Counted from the stretch's first letter, positions 45,319 through 60,888 are shown. The stretch: DNA of 64,000 nucleotides from Bacteroidales bacterium (GCA_025210735.1 JAOARD010000047.1:69579-133578); one strand, 5' to 3'. The notes: generated by a model not told the origin, from the letters alone. Program-made: numbers and translations.

Positions 45319-46335
45319 TTATTTTAATGAGGTTATAACCTCTCCTTTTCTAAGTTTGTATCTAAGGTTCTGAACTATTTTGTCCATCTCATTTAGTTCA
45401 GTAAGAAACTCACGCTCATCCTGACTGGTCTCAATAACCTTATTTATACCACCATTCTTAATTACAATACGTCTGTCGCCCATAAGTGCCAGTATAGGAT
45501 CGTGTGTTGCCATAAGAACAATCTTCTCCTCTCCTACAAGAAGTTCCAGAGCCTTCTTTCTGTCGATACCGGCATTCTCAATCTCATCAATAAGAACAAT
45601 TGGCGATTTACTTAATATCGCTGTATCAGCAATCATAAGCGCCCTACTTTGTCCTCCACTTAAGCTTGTTACTGGTGTCGACAAATCAAACTTCTCTCCG
45701 GCCAGATTATTTGCCGATGATATTATTCGTTGTATCACCTCCTCTACATTCTCTACTAAACGACTCTGTGCATGCAGTTCAAGAAACTCCTGAACTGTAA
45801 GATCCATCACAAAGTTCATATTCTGCGATAACTGAGCAACAAGTTTATTACCAGATGTAAGTCTCCATTTTTTATCTGATTCCTCTCCATTTATAAGTAT
45901 AGATCTTGACGTAGGCGTATCCTTCTGTGCAACCCACTCAATGTCTGCCAGAAGTCTGCTCTTTCCTGAACCTGTTGGCCCAACAATACATATAATCTCA
46001 CTTTTTCTGATAGTCAGCTCTTCAAAGTTTTCTGCTTCGCCAAACTTATTGGTTCCCGGCAAAATTGTAAGGCTGTCAACACCATTCTCTTTATCATCGC
46101 CAATAAACGATAACATCTGATTTACATACTCAACAAGAGAGTTTACCATTACATCAACATCAATAGCTCTGTCTTCGGCCTCCTCCTCATCAAACTTCTC
46201 AAGATACTGAACAAAGGTTAACTTCTCATTCTGGTCTATCTCAAGACTCTGATCTGCAAAAAATCCTTCAACAAACGGGTATTTCCCTCTAAGATCAGAT
46301 ATTGATATCTTCTTTATATCCTCTTTTGTAATCAT
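45319..46335 (-). CDS. Soluble ABC-type ATPase with an ~100-aa N-terminal DUF1858-like extension and no cognate permease nearby.
   Basis: 338 aa. Walker A is 'GPTGSGKSRLL', the signature is 'LSGGQSRAL', Walker B is 'VLIDEIENAGID' and the H-loop is 'ATHDP'. The N-terminus 'ISISDLRGKYPFVEGFF' parallels the N-terminus of the 47190..48425 product. Confidence 0.8.
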   Translation of the reverse strand: MITKEDIKKISISDLRGKYPFVEGFFADQSLEIDQNEKLTFVQYLEKFDEEEAEDRAIDVDVMVNSLVEYVNQMLSFIGDDKENGVDSLTILPGTNKFGEAENFEELTIRKSEIICIVGPTGSGKSRLLADIEWVAQKDTPTSRSILINGEESDKKWRLTSGNKLVAQLSQNMNFVMDLTVQEFLELHAQSRLVENVEEVIQRIISSANNLAGEKFDLSTPVTSLSGGQSRALMIADTAILSKSPIVLIDEIENAGIDRKKALELLVGEEKIVLMATHDPILALMGDRRIVIKNGGINKVIETSQDEREFLTELNEMDKIVQNLRYKLRKGEVITSLK

Positions 46336-47030
46336 TTGTCATCCTCCATATTCATTTTACGAACATTACCCATCTGATACGATTTACCAATACGGGTCTC
46401 TCCTAAACAGTAAGAACATAGTGCCGAAGGCATTGAGAATCGTAGTTTCTTACCAACAAGAGTATCAACTTTATCTTTTTCGTCATATAGCAGTGTGCTA
46501 AGCTCAAAAGCTCCCTGACCACTAAGTCCGTTAACATGCATTGTAACAGCCGATGGATTAACAGTCTGAACACGCGAGGCAAACACCTCTCTCTCAGCCT
46601 GCGATACAATATCGCCTTTTGTAATAACCACTATATCTGCCATCTTAAGCATTGGCCCAACCTTTTTTGGTGTGTTAATACCACTAAGGTTATCAATTAC
46701 ACATATCGATTTAATCTCTTTTATATACGGAGAACATCTGTTACAAAGACCTGCACTCTCTGTAATTAACAGATCTAGTCCTAACTCAATCCCCCACTGT
46801 GTAACCTCCTCTATATTACTCACAAAGTAGTGATCAGGACATTGTGATCCTGACAGTCCTTTACGAACAGGTACACCAGCTTTCTCATATAATTTATCAT
46901 CATCTGTCGCAAGACAGTCAAACTTTACTACACCAACTTTTAAACCTCTCTGCTTTATTGCATCAATTGTCTTTATTATCACAGATGTTTTACCTGTTGA
47001 CGGAGGTCCGGAAAATGTTACTAGATTCAT
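46332..47030 (-). CDS. G3E-family (HypB/UreG/CobW-like) metallochaperone GTPase.
   Basis: 232 aa. The P-loop is 'GPPSTGKTS'. 'GSQCPDH' parallels GKECHLDAH of HypB. 'ITESAGLCNRCSP' parallels ENVGNLVCP. 'VITKGDIV' is an NKxD-like motif. There is an extra C-terminal 'CSYC'. Its stop overlaps the ATPase start as ATGA. Confidence 0.75.
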   Translation of the reverse strand: MNLVTFSGPPSTGKTSVIIKTIDAIKQRGLKVGVVKFDCLATDDDKLYEKAGVPVRKGLSGSQCPDHYFVSNIEEVTQWGIELGLDLLITESAGLCNRCSPYIKEIKSICVIDNLSGINTPKKVGPMLKMADIVVITKGDIVSQAEREVFASRVQTVNPSAVTMHVNGLSGQGAFELSTLLYDEKDKVDTLVGKKLRFSMPSALCSYCLGETRIGKSYQMGNVRKMNMEDDK

Positions 47031-47189
47031 ATCTCTGAATTTTCATTTTCAATTGTTATATGAAACCCGCATGTTTACTCGTTTTTCGCTATCAGAAAAA
47101 GTTATATTCATGCCTTATTCATATCATAATGGTTTTACAATCACAAATATCTATAATCAAACGGATATTTCAGTATTCTGGTTCATTAA

Positions 47190-48425
47190 TTATTTAATAG
47201 CATTATTAAATAGTGTTTCGCAATGCTCAATTAATGCTCCAATATCATTGTTGTATATATAATCCCAGCCTACCCACATAAACTTGTTTTCAGCCGGAAG
47301 TTTATTATCCACTTCAGGATGCACACTCGGGAATAGTCCCTGATGCGATAGCAGTTCACCAATCTCTTTTGACATAAATACATCTGCAATTGGTTTTATC
47401 TGCTCTCTCTTTTCTCCTTTGGTAAGCATAAAAATCGGGCTTATTATTGCGCCGTCTTTTGGCCACACAGCAATCATGCTACTACCAGGCTTAACCATTT
47501 TTGTAAAGAAGTAAGGCATTATAGTTACAACAGGTTTCTCTGTTTTACTACGCTCAGATTTCACCATCTCAGCCGGATGCATACTACGTAACAAATTACG
47601 TCCAAGGCTTACAACACCTTCGTCGCCATACTCTTTCTGAATATGTAACAGCATTGCATTAAACAGGTCAAAATCGCTAACAGGTAAACTTATACTGTTC
47701 TCAAACTCCGGCTTAAGAACATCCTGCCAAGTCATTGGAACCTCTCTGCCTTTAAGTTCACCCTTATTAACAAGAAAAACTGCCGGCACAGCTGCTATTG
47801 TTGAGTAATAACCTTTTGGATCTCTTAATGAAAGGTAGTCGTTTTCAAAATCTTTATTATACTTATCGTAATCGGCAAAATCTTTAAATACATCCTGTTT
47901 CATGAATTTACCCATAAGGTCAGCTTCAAAAAATAGATCAAATCCTGCTGATAAGAAAATATCTGATAATTCAGAAGAGTCGTTAGCTGAACGCACATAA
48001 TCCTTTATGCTATCAAGTCCCATAGATGCAGCCTGCAAACTTGTCTCAACCTCATAACCGCTCTCATCCTTAAAACTCTCCAGAAATGCATCAAGTTTCT
48101 CAACAAGTGGTAAACGAACAGGGCATGGCAACAACCCCTCAATTCTTATATCTTTATCACCTTTTATCTCTCCCTTTACTGATTCTTTATCAGCGTTATT
48201 ACGAGTCTGATCAATAGCCTCAACAAGTAACTCCTCAAGCGATGTAATGCTTATCTGCTTAATTGTTGCAGCAACTTTAAGGGTAATAGATTTTCCGAAA
48301 GTTTTTCTTTTTGACTCCTCGGCAATTTGTGAAAAACCTTGCGCAAGGAGTACATTCAATGTTTCAGGGTATTTCTCTGTTATATCAAAAAGAGAATCTT
48401 CTACTTTAAAATATCTGTTTTCCAT
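47190..48425 (-). CDS. Cytoplasmic protein with an N-terminal DUF1858-like domain fused to a periplasmic-binding-protein (Fe3+/polyamine SBP-like) fold.
   Basis: 411 aa with no signal peptide. The N-terminus 'FKVEDSLFDITEKYPETLNVLLAQGF' is a DUF1858/ScdA_N-type helix bundle (from memory). The remainder ('LLPCPVRLPL...FLSAGFD...AAVPAVFLVNK...VWPKDGAIISPIF') reads as a type II SBP fold. Confidence 0.65.
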   Translation of the reverse strand: MENRYFKVEDSLFDITEKYPETLNVLLAQGFSQIAEESKRKTFGKSITLKVAATIKQISITSLEELLVEAIDQTRNNADKESVKGEIKGDKDIRIEGLLPCPVRLPLVEKLDAFLESFKDESGYEVETSLQAASMGLDSIKDYVRSANDSSELSDIFLSAGFDLFFEADLMGKFMKQDVFKDFADYDKYNKDFENDYLSLRDPKGYYSTIAAVPAVFLVNKGELKGREVPMTWQDVLKPEFENSISLPVSDFDLFNAMLLHIQKEYGDEGVVSLGRNLLRSMHPAEMVKSERSKTEKPVVTIMPYFFTKMVKPGSSMIAVWPKDGAIISPIFMLTKGEKREQIKPIADVFMSKEIGELLSHQGLFPSVHPEVDNKLPAENKFMWVGWDYIYNNDIGALIEHCETLFNNAIK

Positions 48426-48484
48426 CTGTCTTTTTCTTTTATTTTTCTATTTCGGTATTTCGGTACCGATTTACTTTGCAAAGG

Positions 48485-48520
48485 TTAAAAAAAATTCCGA
48501 GTTTACAAACCCGAAATTCT
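48485..48520 (-). terminator. Intrinsic terminator after the ECF sigma gene.
   Basis: The minus-strand RNA AAUUUCGGG-UUUGUAAA-CUCGGAAUU forms a 9-bp stem (two G-U pairs) followed by U8. On the plus strand the same pairs become C-A mismatches, so it should work for the minus strand only. Confidence 0.65.
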
Positions 48521-48555
48521 TTTTTTTATCCTAATACTATAATTAATATGACTAA

Positions 48556-49059
48556 TTATCTATAATCTTCCAGTTCTTTCATCAATTTTTGTCTTGAGAA
48601 GAAAATTCTACTCTTAACTGTACCTATTTTAAGGTTCAACTCCTCAGCTATCTCCTTATACTTAAACCCTTGAGTATGCATCTGAAAAGGTATTCTGAAC
48701 TCATCACTCAACTGGTTAATCTTCTTGGTTATCTCGTTGGTTGAGTATCTTATCTCAGGAGTATCCTGAGTATGCTCACCACCCTGATTTATATAATACT
48801 GATTATCTGTTGAGTCGTTTGTAGTTTTACGTTTAACATTTCTGCGGTAATTATTAATAAATGTATTACGCATTATTGTAAACGCCCACGCCTTTAAATT
48901 TGTAGACTCTTCAAACTTATCTTTATATGTTAATGCTTTTAAATATGTCTCTTGTAATAAATCTCTAGCCTCTTCAGGATTAGATGTTAAACTTAAAGCA
49001 AATCTCTCTAAACTACTCTGAAGGTTTAAAAGCTGATAATTAAATTCATTTGTTGCCAT
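48556..49059 (-). CDS. ECF-type RNA polymerase sigma-70 family factor with no adjacent anti-sigma gene.
   Basis: 167 aa. Region 2 is 'DLLQETYLKAL...F...NLKAWAFTIMRNTFINNYRR'. The region 4 HTH is 'GFKYKEIAEELNLKIGTVKSRIFFSRQKL'. Confidence 0.85.
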   Translation of the reverse strand: MATNEFNYQLLNLQSSLERFALSLTSNPEEARDLLQETYLKALTYKDKFEESTNLKAWAFTIMRNTFINNYRRNVKRKTTNDSTDNQYYINQGGEHTQDTPEIRYSTNEITKKINQLSDEFRIPFQMHTQGFKYKEIAEELNLKIGTVKSRIFFSRQKLMKELEDYR

Positions 49060-49477
49060 TGCTTTGTTGTTTTTGTTGTTTTACTGTTTTATTATACTCC
49101 AAATGTATACATTAAAATCATTCTAAACAAATCCACACATACCGTAACTAACTGTAAATAACACCAGTTACAAAGGTAGTAAAAAGATACATTATTCTGG
49201 TATTTAATTACTTATATAAGTAATTAGAGTGTTTTATGTGAATTTAATCTAAATAAGAATTTAACATTTTTTAACATTTAGGTTTGCTACTATTTTTTCT
49301 CAAAATCCCATATCTGCTAGCATAATACTTTAAGCTACAATAATTTATACAGAAAAGCAAATTATATGGCAATAAATACACATAAATCATATGTATTCCA
49401 CTAAAGAGTTAGAACATATACAAAACACAAATGTTTATAACAAAACGATCGATAAAGGGCTAAAAATAGATCTATAT

Positions 49478-50551
49478 TCAGAATTCAAATAGTAATTGTA
49501 CCGGCTCTGAGTTGTCCGGATGTGAGAAGTTTGAGATAGAAACTCCCATTAATCTGATTGGTTTTATAAGATACTCCTCACTTTGCAATAATAGCTTAAC
49601 ATATTTATGGAGTTCATTAAAATCTCTTACAGAATGGTCAAGTGTTTTGCTTCTTGTAAAGCTTGTAAAATCAGAATACTTAATCTTGAGTGTAATTGTT
49701 CGTCCTGACAAACCTTTATCACTCATCCTCTCCATAAGCTCAAGCTCTATCTTATATAACTCTGCAATTACCTGAAACTTTGTTGTAAGATCTTTCTCAA
49801 ATGTATATTCAGCTCCTAATGATTTACGCTCTCTGAATGCATTTACAGGCCTGTTGTCTCTGCCTCTGCATATCTCATAAAAGAACACCCCCTGCTTACC
49901 AAAAAGCCTTATCATATCATCAATTGACATTCCTCTTAGGTCTTTGCCATAGTGTATGCCTAATGAATGCATCTTTTTTGCAGTAACAGCACCAATACCA
50001 AAAAACTGTTCAACGGGTAACTCATTAATAAACTCAATAGCATCATCTTCCGGTATATTAAAATACCCATTTGGCTTATTAATATCAGATGCTTTTTTTG
50101 CCAGAAATTTATTAAAAGATATGCCTGCCGATGCAGTTAACGATGTCTCTTCATATATCCGGTTTCTAATATTATTGGCTACCTCAACAGGATCTGTTAA
50201 ACCCAGTTTATTGTTTGTAACATCCAGAAATGCCTCATCTATTGACAATGGTTCAACAAGGTCGGTAACATCTTTAAATATCTTCATTACCTGTTTAGAT
50301 ACATCAAGATATACGTCGCGTCTCATTTTGGCAAATATAAGATCAGGACATAGTTTTTTAGCTCTTACTGACGACATTGCCGATCTGACACCAAATTTAC
50401 GTGCCTCATATGACGCTGCTGATATCACCCCTCTGTCGGAATCTGATCCTACAGCAACCGGCTTACCTTTATAGTCAGGATTATCTCTCTGCTCAATTGA
50501 AGCATAAAAGGCATCCATATCTATATGTATAATTTTCCGATTGCTTAACAT
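49478..50551 (-). CDS. dinB: DNA polymerase IV (Y-family).
   Basis: 357 aa. It has 'IIHIDMDAFYASIEQRDNP', 'SIDEAFLDVT' and 'SAGISFNKFLAKKASD..KP'. Confidence 0.95.
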   Translation of the reverse strand: MLSNRKIIHIDMDAFYASIEQRDNPDYKGKPVAVGSDSDRGVISAASYEARKFGVRSAMSSVRAKKLCPDLIFAKMRRDVYLDVSKQVMKIFKDVTDLVEPLSIDEAFLDVTNNKLGLTDPVEVANNIRNRIYEETSLTASAGISFNKFLAKKASDINKPNGYFNIPEDDAIEFINELPVEQFFGIGAVTAKKMHSLGIHYGKDLRGMSIDDMIRLFGKQGVFFYEICRGRDNRPVNAFRERKSLGAEYTFEKDLTTKFQVIAELYKIELELMERMSDKGLSGRTITLKIKYSDFTSFTRSKTLDHSVRDFNELHKYVKLLLQSEEYLIKPIRLMGVSISNFSHPDNSEPVQLLFEF

Positions 50552-50750
50552 AGTTCTGTTTTACCACAAAAGTAAACCATTTGCACCAGATAAATTATAC
50601 CTCAGAAACTTTTTTAATCTGTATTATTTATAATGATATGGTAAAATACAATAGAACAACAATTTAAGCTTTATCATTATTATTAGAACATGCAGAACTG
50701 ATAAATCAGTGTTTATCATCAACTTAAAAATGTACGTTATTAACAGACAA

Positions 50751-51784
50751 TCATTCTACAGTAAACTCAAATATAGTTTTATGTTCATATTGTTGGTTCG
50801 GATGTAAGGTGTTGTCATCAAATGTATCTAATCTGTTTCCATCCGGGTAACCTTGTGTCTCAATACATATTGCACTAAATTTCCCATATGGTACACCTCC
50901 TTTTCCAACATCAGAACCATCAAGAAAGTTCCCGGTATATATCTGTACACATGGCTGGGTAGTATATACATTCATTCTTCGTCCACTTTCTTTGCAGTAT
51001 AATGACGATACTGGTTCTCCATTTACCGACGAACTATTTAATACAAAGTTGTTATCTAAACCACCTGTACTATTAATAACCCCGGTAAGTCCATTCTCAA
51101 CTCTCAAATCAAGAATAGTATCCTCAACATTTAATATCTCGCCAGTAGGCACCATCTCCTGGTTATTAACAGTATATCTGTCTGCCGATACCATAAGTGA
51201 GTGATTCTTTACATCCGGAAGATTTACATTATTAACTCCGTTAAGGTTAAAGAAGGAGTGATTGGTAAGGTTAACTGCTGTTGTTTTATCTGTTACAGCA
51301 CTATAGTTTATCTCAATACTGTTAGTATCTGTGAGTCTGTAGCCAATCTTCACTTGCATATTTCCCGGATAGCCCTCTTCACCATCAACAGACAGATAAG
51401 AGAATACAACCTCATTATCTGAATAGCTATCTACATCCCATACAACACTGTCAAATCCTTTATCTCCACCATGCAGATGGTTATTGCCATTATTACATGT
51501 AAGTCTGTATGTTTTATTTTCAATGGTCAATAAGCCTTCTTTTATCCTATTGGTACAACGGCCTATTACAGCTCCAAAATATCTGTTTCCTGTAATATAT
51601 TCGTCAATGGTATTGTATCCTAATACTATATCGGCAAATACACCTTGTCTGTCAGGCACATTTACCGATATAATTTTACATCCATAGTTAGTAACAACAA
51701 CAGACATCCCGTTACTATTATTTATAGTAAAGGTATATATTAATTTACCATTATGTTCAGATGTATGCTGTTGTAACTGTATCA

Positions 51785-51785
<1 letters not shown>
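50751..51785 (-). CDS. galM: Aldose 1-epimerase (galactose mutarotase).
   Basis: 344 aa. It has 'GR.TNRI', 'NNGNNHLHGG..GF', 'NLTNHSFFNL' and 'ICIETQGYPD'. Its start overlaps the upstream stop as TAATG. Confidence 0.85.
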
Positions 51786-57944
<6,159 letters not shown>

Positions 57945-57960
57945 AATAAATAGTAATGTT

Positions 57961-57978
57961 AACTGGTTGGTACCAGTT
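57961..57978. promoter_or_regulatory. Inverted repeat AACTGGT-TGGT-ACCAGTT containing TGGTACCA, a candidate GntR-type operator.
   Basis: It lies 17-34 nt upstream of the regulator's ATG (57944). The 7-bp arms are exact complements, and the TGGTACCA core matches the generic GntR/FadR-type 'GT..AC' palindrome. Confidence 0.45.
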
Positions 57979-58079
57979 GGGTGTTGGTGTAAATTTATTA
58001 AAAAATTGATTGCTTAAACATTAAGCTCTATAAAATTCATTCAATATACTTTTAAATTTATTTATCAGATAGTCAACAT

Positions 58080-59717
58080 CTACCAGAAAACAACATACAG
58101 CAGTGTTAAAACAATAAGAATAACATACGATGCTATATTAAATCCGGCAGAGGTTGTAAAAGTCTTCCTCTCTATAGCTATACCTTTATCATCTACAGCC
58201 CATCTGTTCTGTATGTAACTAACCACTGCAATAACTATCATTGTTGCCACACATGTAATCATCATCTGATGCATCCACGGAAAATCAGGTATAAGTTTTA
58301 GACCACCTGCTATAAACATAGATACAACTACTCCAATAATAGCTCCTCTGTTTGTAGCCCATCGCCAGAACAGCCCCATTAAGAATACTGCCAGAATTCC
58401 CGGGCTAACAATTCCTGTATACTCCTGTATAAACTGAAATGCCTGCGGCAATGTTCCCAGATTAGGAGCAATTATACATGCTATAACTATTGCTACAAAT
58501 GCCGTTATGCGTCCGGTATTAACAGTCTGTTTATCTGTTGCTTTTTTATTTATATATGGTCTGTATATATCCATTGTAAATATTGTAGCTGTTGAGTTTA
58601 GCATTGATGCCAGTGATGATACTATTGCTGCAGAGAGAGCTGCAAGCACCAACCCTTTAAGACCAACAGGAACAAAACGGCTTATAAGCCACGGATAGGC
58701 TTTATCATTATTAATACCATCTGCTGTAGTAAATGCCTCCTGAACGCCATCAATTGTTGCTGTACCATCGGGCGACATATACATTACATATGCTATTATA
58801 CCCGGTATTACAACTATAAGCGGAACTATTAGTTTAAGAAACCCTGCAAATATTATCCCCTTCTGCGATTCACGTAACGACTTTGCTGCAAGTGTACGCT
58901 GAATTATATACTGGTTAAATCCCCAGTAATATAGATTGGCAACCCACATACCACCAACCAGAACTGCAATTCCGGGCAAGTTTATATACTCTGTATGATC
59001 TTTACTGAGAATCATCTCAAAATGCTCCGGTGCCACACTGTATATATGTTTTAATCCAGCAACCACACCACCATCTGGCGTTACGTTATCAAGTGCAAGG
59101 AATGTTGTTATCAGACCTCCTACTATAAGAAGTACAACCTGAATAACATCTGTCCATGCAACAGCCGACAGACCTCCCCAAAGAGAGTATGCTGCGGCAA
59201 ACATTGCCAACCCGATTATACTGTAAATAATCATAGATCCATCGCCTGTACCCACAACTGTATCAATTGCTTTTGCTCCCAGATACAACACCGATGTAAG
59301 GTTAACAAACACAAACAGAGCAATCCAGAATACTGCCAGAATAGATTTTAGGTTTGTGCTAAAACGTTTCTCTATAAATTCGGGTATAGTATATAGTCCC
59401 TTCTCTATAAATACCGGTAAAAAGTACTTCCCAACAATTATAAGTGTAAATGCAGCCATCCACTCATACGATGCTATTGCCAAACCAATTGCAAAGCCTG
59501 AACCCGACATACCAATAAATTGCTCTGCCGATATATTTGCAGCAATAAGCGATGCCCCTATTGCCCACCATGGCAACGATTTACCTGCCAAAAAATAGTC
59601 CTCAGCACTCTTCTGGTGCCCCTTTTTATCGCGCGATACCCAGAGTCCTACTCCAAGTATCAAAACAGCATAAGCTGCAAAGATTATATAGTCTAATACA
59701 GACAGGTTACCATTCAT
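58080..59717 (-). CDS. Sodium:solute symporter (SGLT-type Na+/galactose-glucose cotransporter).
   Basis: 545 aa with about 14 TM segments. The N-terminal 'DYFLAGKSLPWWAIGASLIAANISAEQFIGMSGSG' is the SSF signature region. Confidence 0.9.
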   Translation of the reverse strand: MNGNLSVLDYIIFAAYAVLILGVGLWVSRDKKGHQKSAEDYFLAGKSLPWWAIGASLIAANISAEQFIGMSGSGFAIGLAIASYEWMAAFTLIIVGKYFLPVFIEKGLYTIPEFIEKRFSTNLKSILAVFWIALFVFVNLTSVLYLGAKAIDTVVGTGDGSMIIYSIIGLAMFAAAYSLWGGLSAVAWTDVIQVVLLIVGGLITTFLALDNVTPDGGVVAGLKHIYSVAPEHFEMILSKDHTEYINLPGIAVLVGGMWVANLYYWGFNQYIIQRTLAAKSLRESQKGIIFAGFLKLIVPLIVVIPGIIAYVMYMSPDGTATIDGVQEAFTTADGINNDKAYPWLISRFVPVGLKGLVLAALSAAIVSSLASMLNSTATIFTMDIYRPYINKKATDKQTVNTGRITAFVAIVIACIIAPNLGTLPQAFQFIQEYTGIVSPGILAVFLMGLFWRWATNRGAIIGVVVSMFIAGGLKLIPDFPWMHQMMITCVATMIVIAVVSYIQNRWAVDDKGIAIERKTFTTSAGFNIASYVILIVLTLLYVVFW

Positions 59718-59730
59718 ATCTTAGGTTTTA

Positions 59731-60888
59731 TTAGGTTATTATCTTCTTAACTCCATCATCGGGCTCAACAACATAGAACTCTGGTTTTAACCCCGTTCTA
59801 CAAGTATATTTATCTTTTACTGTTGCTATAAAACTATTAATACTCTCTCTCTTCACAACCGATACTGTACAGCCTCCAAACCCTGCACCGGTCATTCTAG
59901 ACCCTACTACACCATCACACCTTCTGGATTCCTCAACCATAATATCAAGTTCATCACCTGTAACCTCATACAGATCGCGCAACGAGTCATGGCTCTCATT
60001 CATCAACTTACCAAACTCAACTATATTATTATCAACAAGTGCTTTACAGGCCTCTACTACTCTGTTATTTTCATAAACAACATGCTCTGCTCTGTCTCTT
60101 AAAAGCTTGTTATCAATATGTTGTTTATACCTTTCAAAGGTATCTGTAGTAATATCGCAAAGATGTCCTGCATCAATATATTTCGATATCGCTTTTAGTG
60201 CCAACTCGCACTCTCCTCGTCGCTCATTATATTTTGAATCAGCAAGTTCCCTCTTTTTGTTTGTATTGGCAATTACAATTGAGCACCCGTTAAGCTCAAC
60301 CGGAACATATGTATATTCCAACGTATTACAGTCTAATCTTATTGCGCTATTGGCTCTGCACATAGCAACGGCAAACTGATCCATTATACCACAATTAACA
60401 CCAACAAATTCATTCTCTGCTCTTTGTGCCAGCAATGCTATATCTCGGTTTGTTATATTAATTCCGTATAAATCTGCAATAGCAAAGGCTGTAACTACCT
60501 CAACTGATGCAGATGACGACAATCCGGCACCATTTGGCAAATCGCCATAGAGCATTATATCAGCACCTCTGAATTTATGACCTTCGCCATACAGAAGTTT
60601 TAAAACTCCAAGCGGATAGTTCACCCACTCATCGCCATCTTTTGATATATCATTCAGCTTATACTCACCTCTGTAACTGAAGTTTAACGAAGCAAGGTTA
60701 ATTGTATTATCAGCACGTTCTCTTATCAACAGATATGTACCCATTGATATTGCACACGGAAACACCTCGCCACCATTATAATCTATATGTTCGCCTATAA
60801 GATTTACCCGCCCCGGGGCAAAATATACATTAACAGAACCTTTGCCATATAAGGCAAAGAACTCCTTTTCAAGAATATGAATATTCAT
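59731..60888 (-). CDS. galK: Galactokinase.
   Basis: 385 aa. It has the galactokinase signature 'GRVNLIGEHIDYNGG', the GHMP motif 'PNGAGLSSSAS' and 'GARMTGAGFGGC' (here SRMTGAGFGGC). Confidence 0.95.
   Translation of the reverse strand: MNIHILEKEFFALYGKGSVNVYFAPGRVNLIGEHIDYNGGEVFPCAISMGTYLLIRERADNTINLASLNFSYRGEYKLNDISKDGDEWVNYPLGVLKLLYGEGHKFRGADIMLYGDLPNGAGLSSSASVEVVTAFAIADLYGINITNRDIALLAQRAENEFVGVNCGIMDQFAVAMCRANSAIRLDCNTLEYTYVPVELNGCSIVIANTNKKRELADSKYNERRGECELALKAISKYIDAGHLCDITTDTFERYKQHIDNKLLRDRAEHVVYENNRVVEACKALVDNNIVEFGKLMNESHDSLRDLYEVTGDELDIMVEESRRCDGVVGSRMTGAGFGGCTVSVVKRESINSFIATVKDKYTCRTGLKPEFYVVEPDDGVKKIIT

Noticed and set aside
49956-50474. A 172-aa plus-strand ORF inside dinB.
   Set aside because: It is antisense to an unambiguous Y-family polymerase gene.
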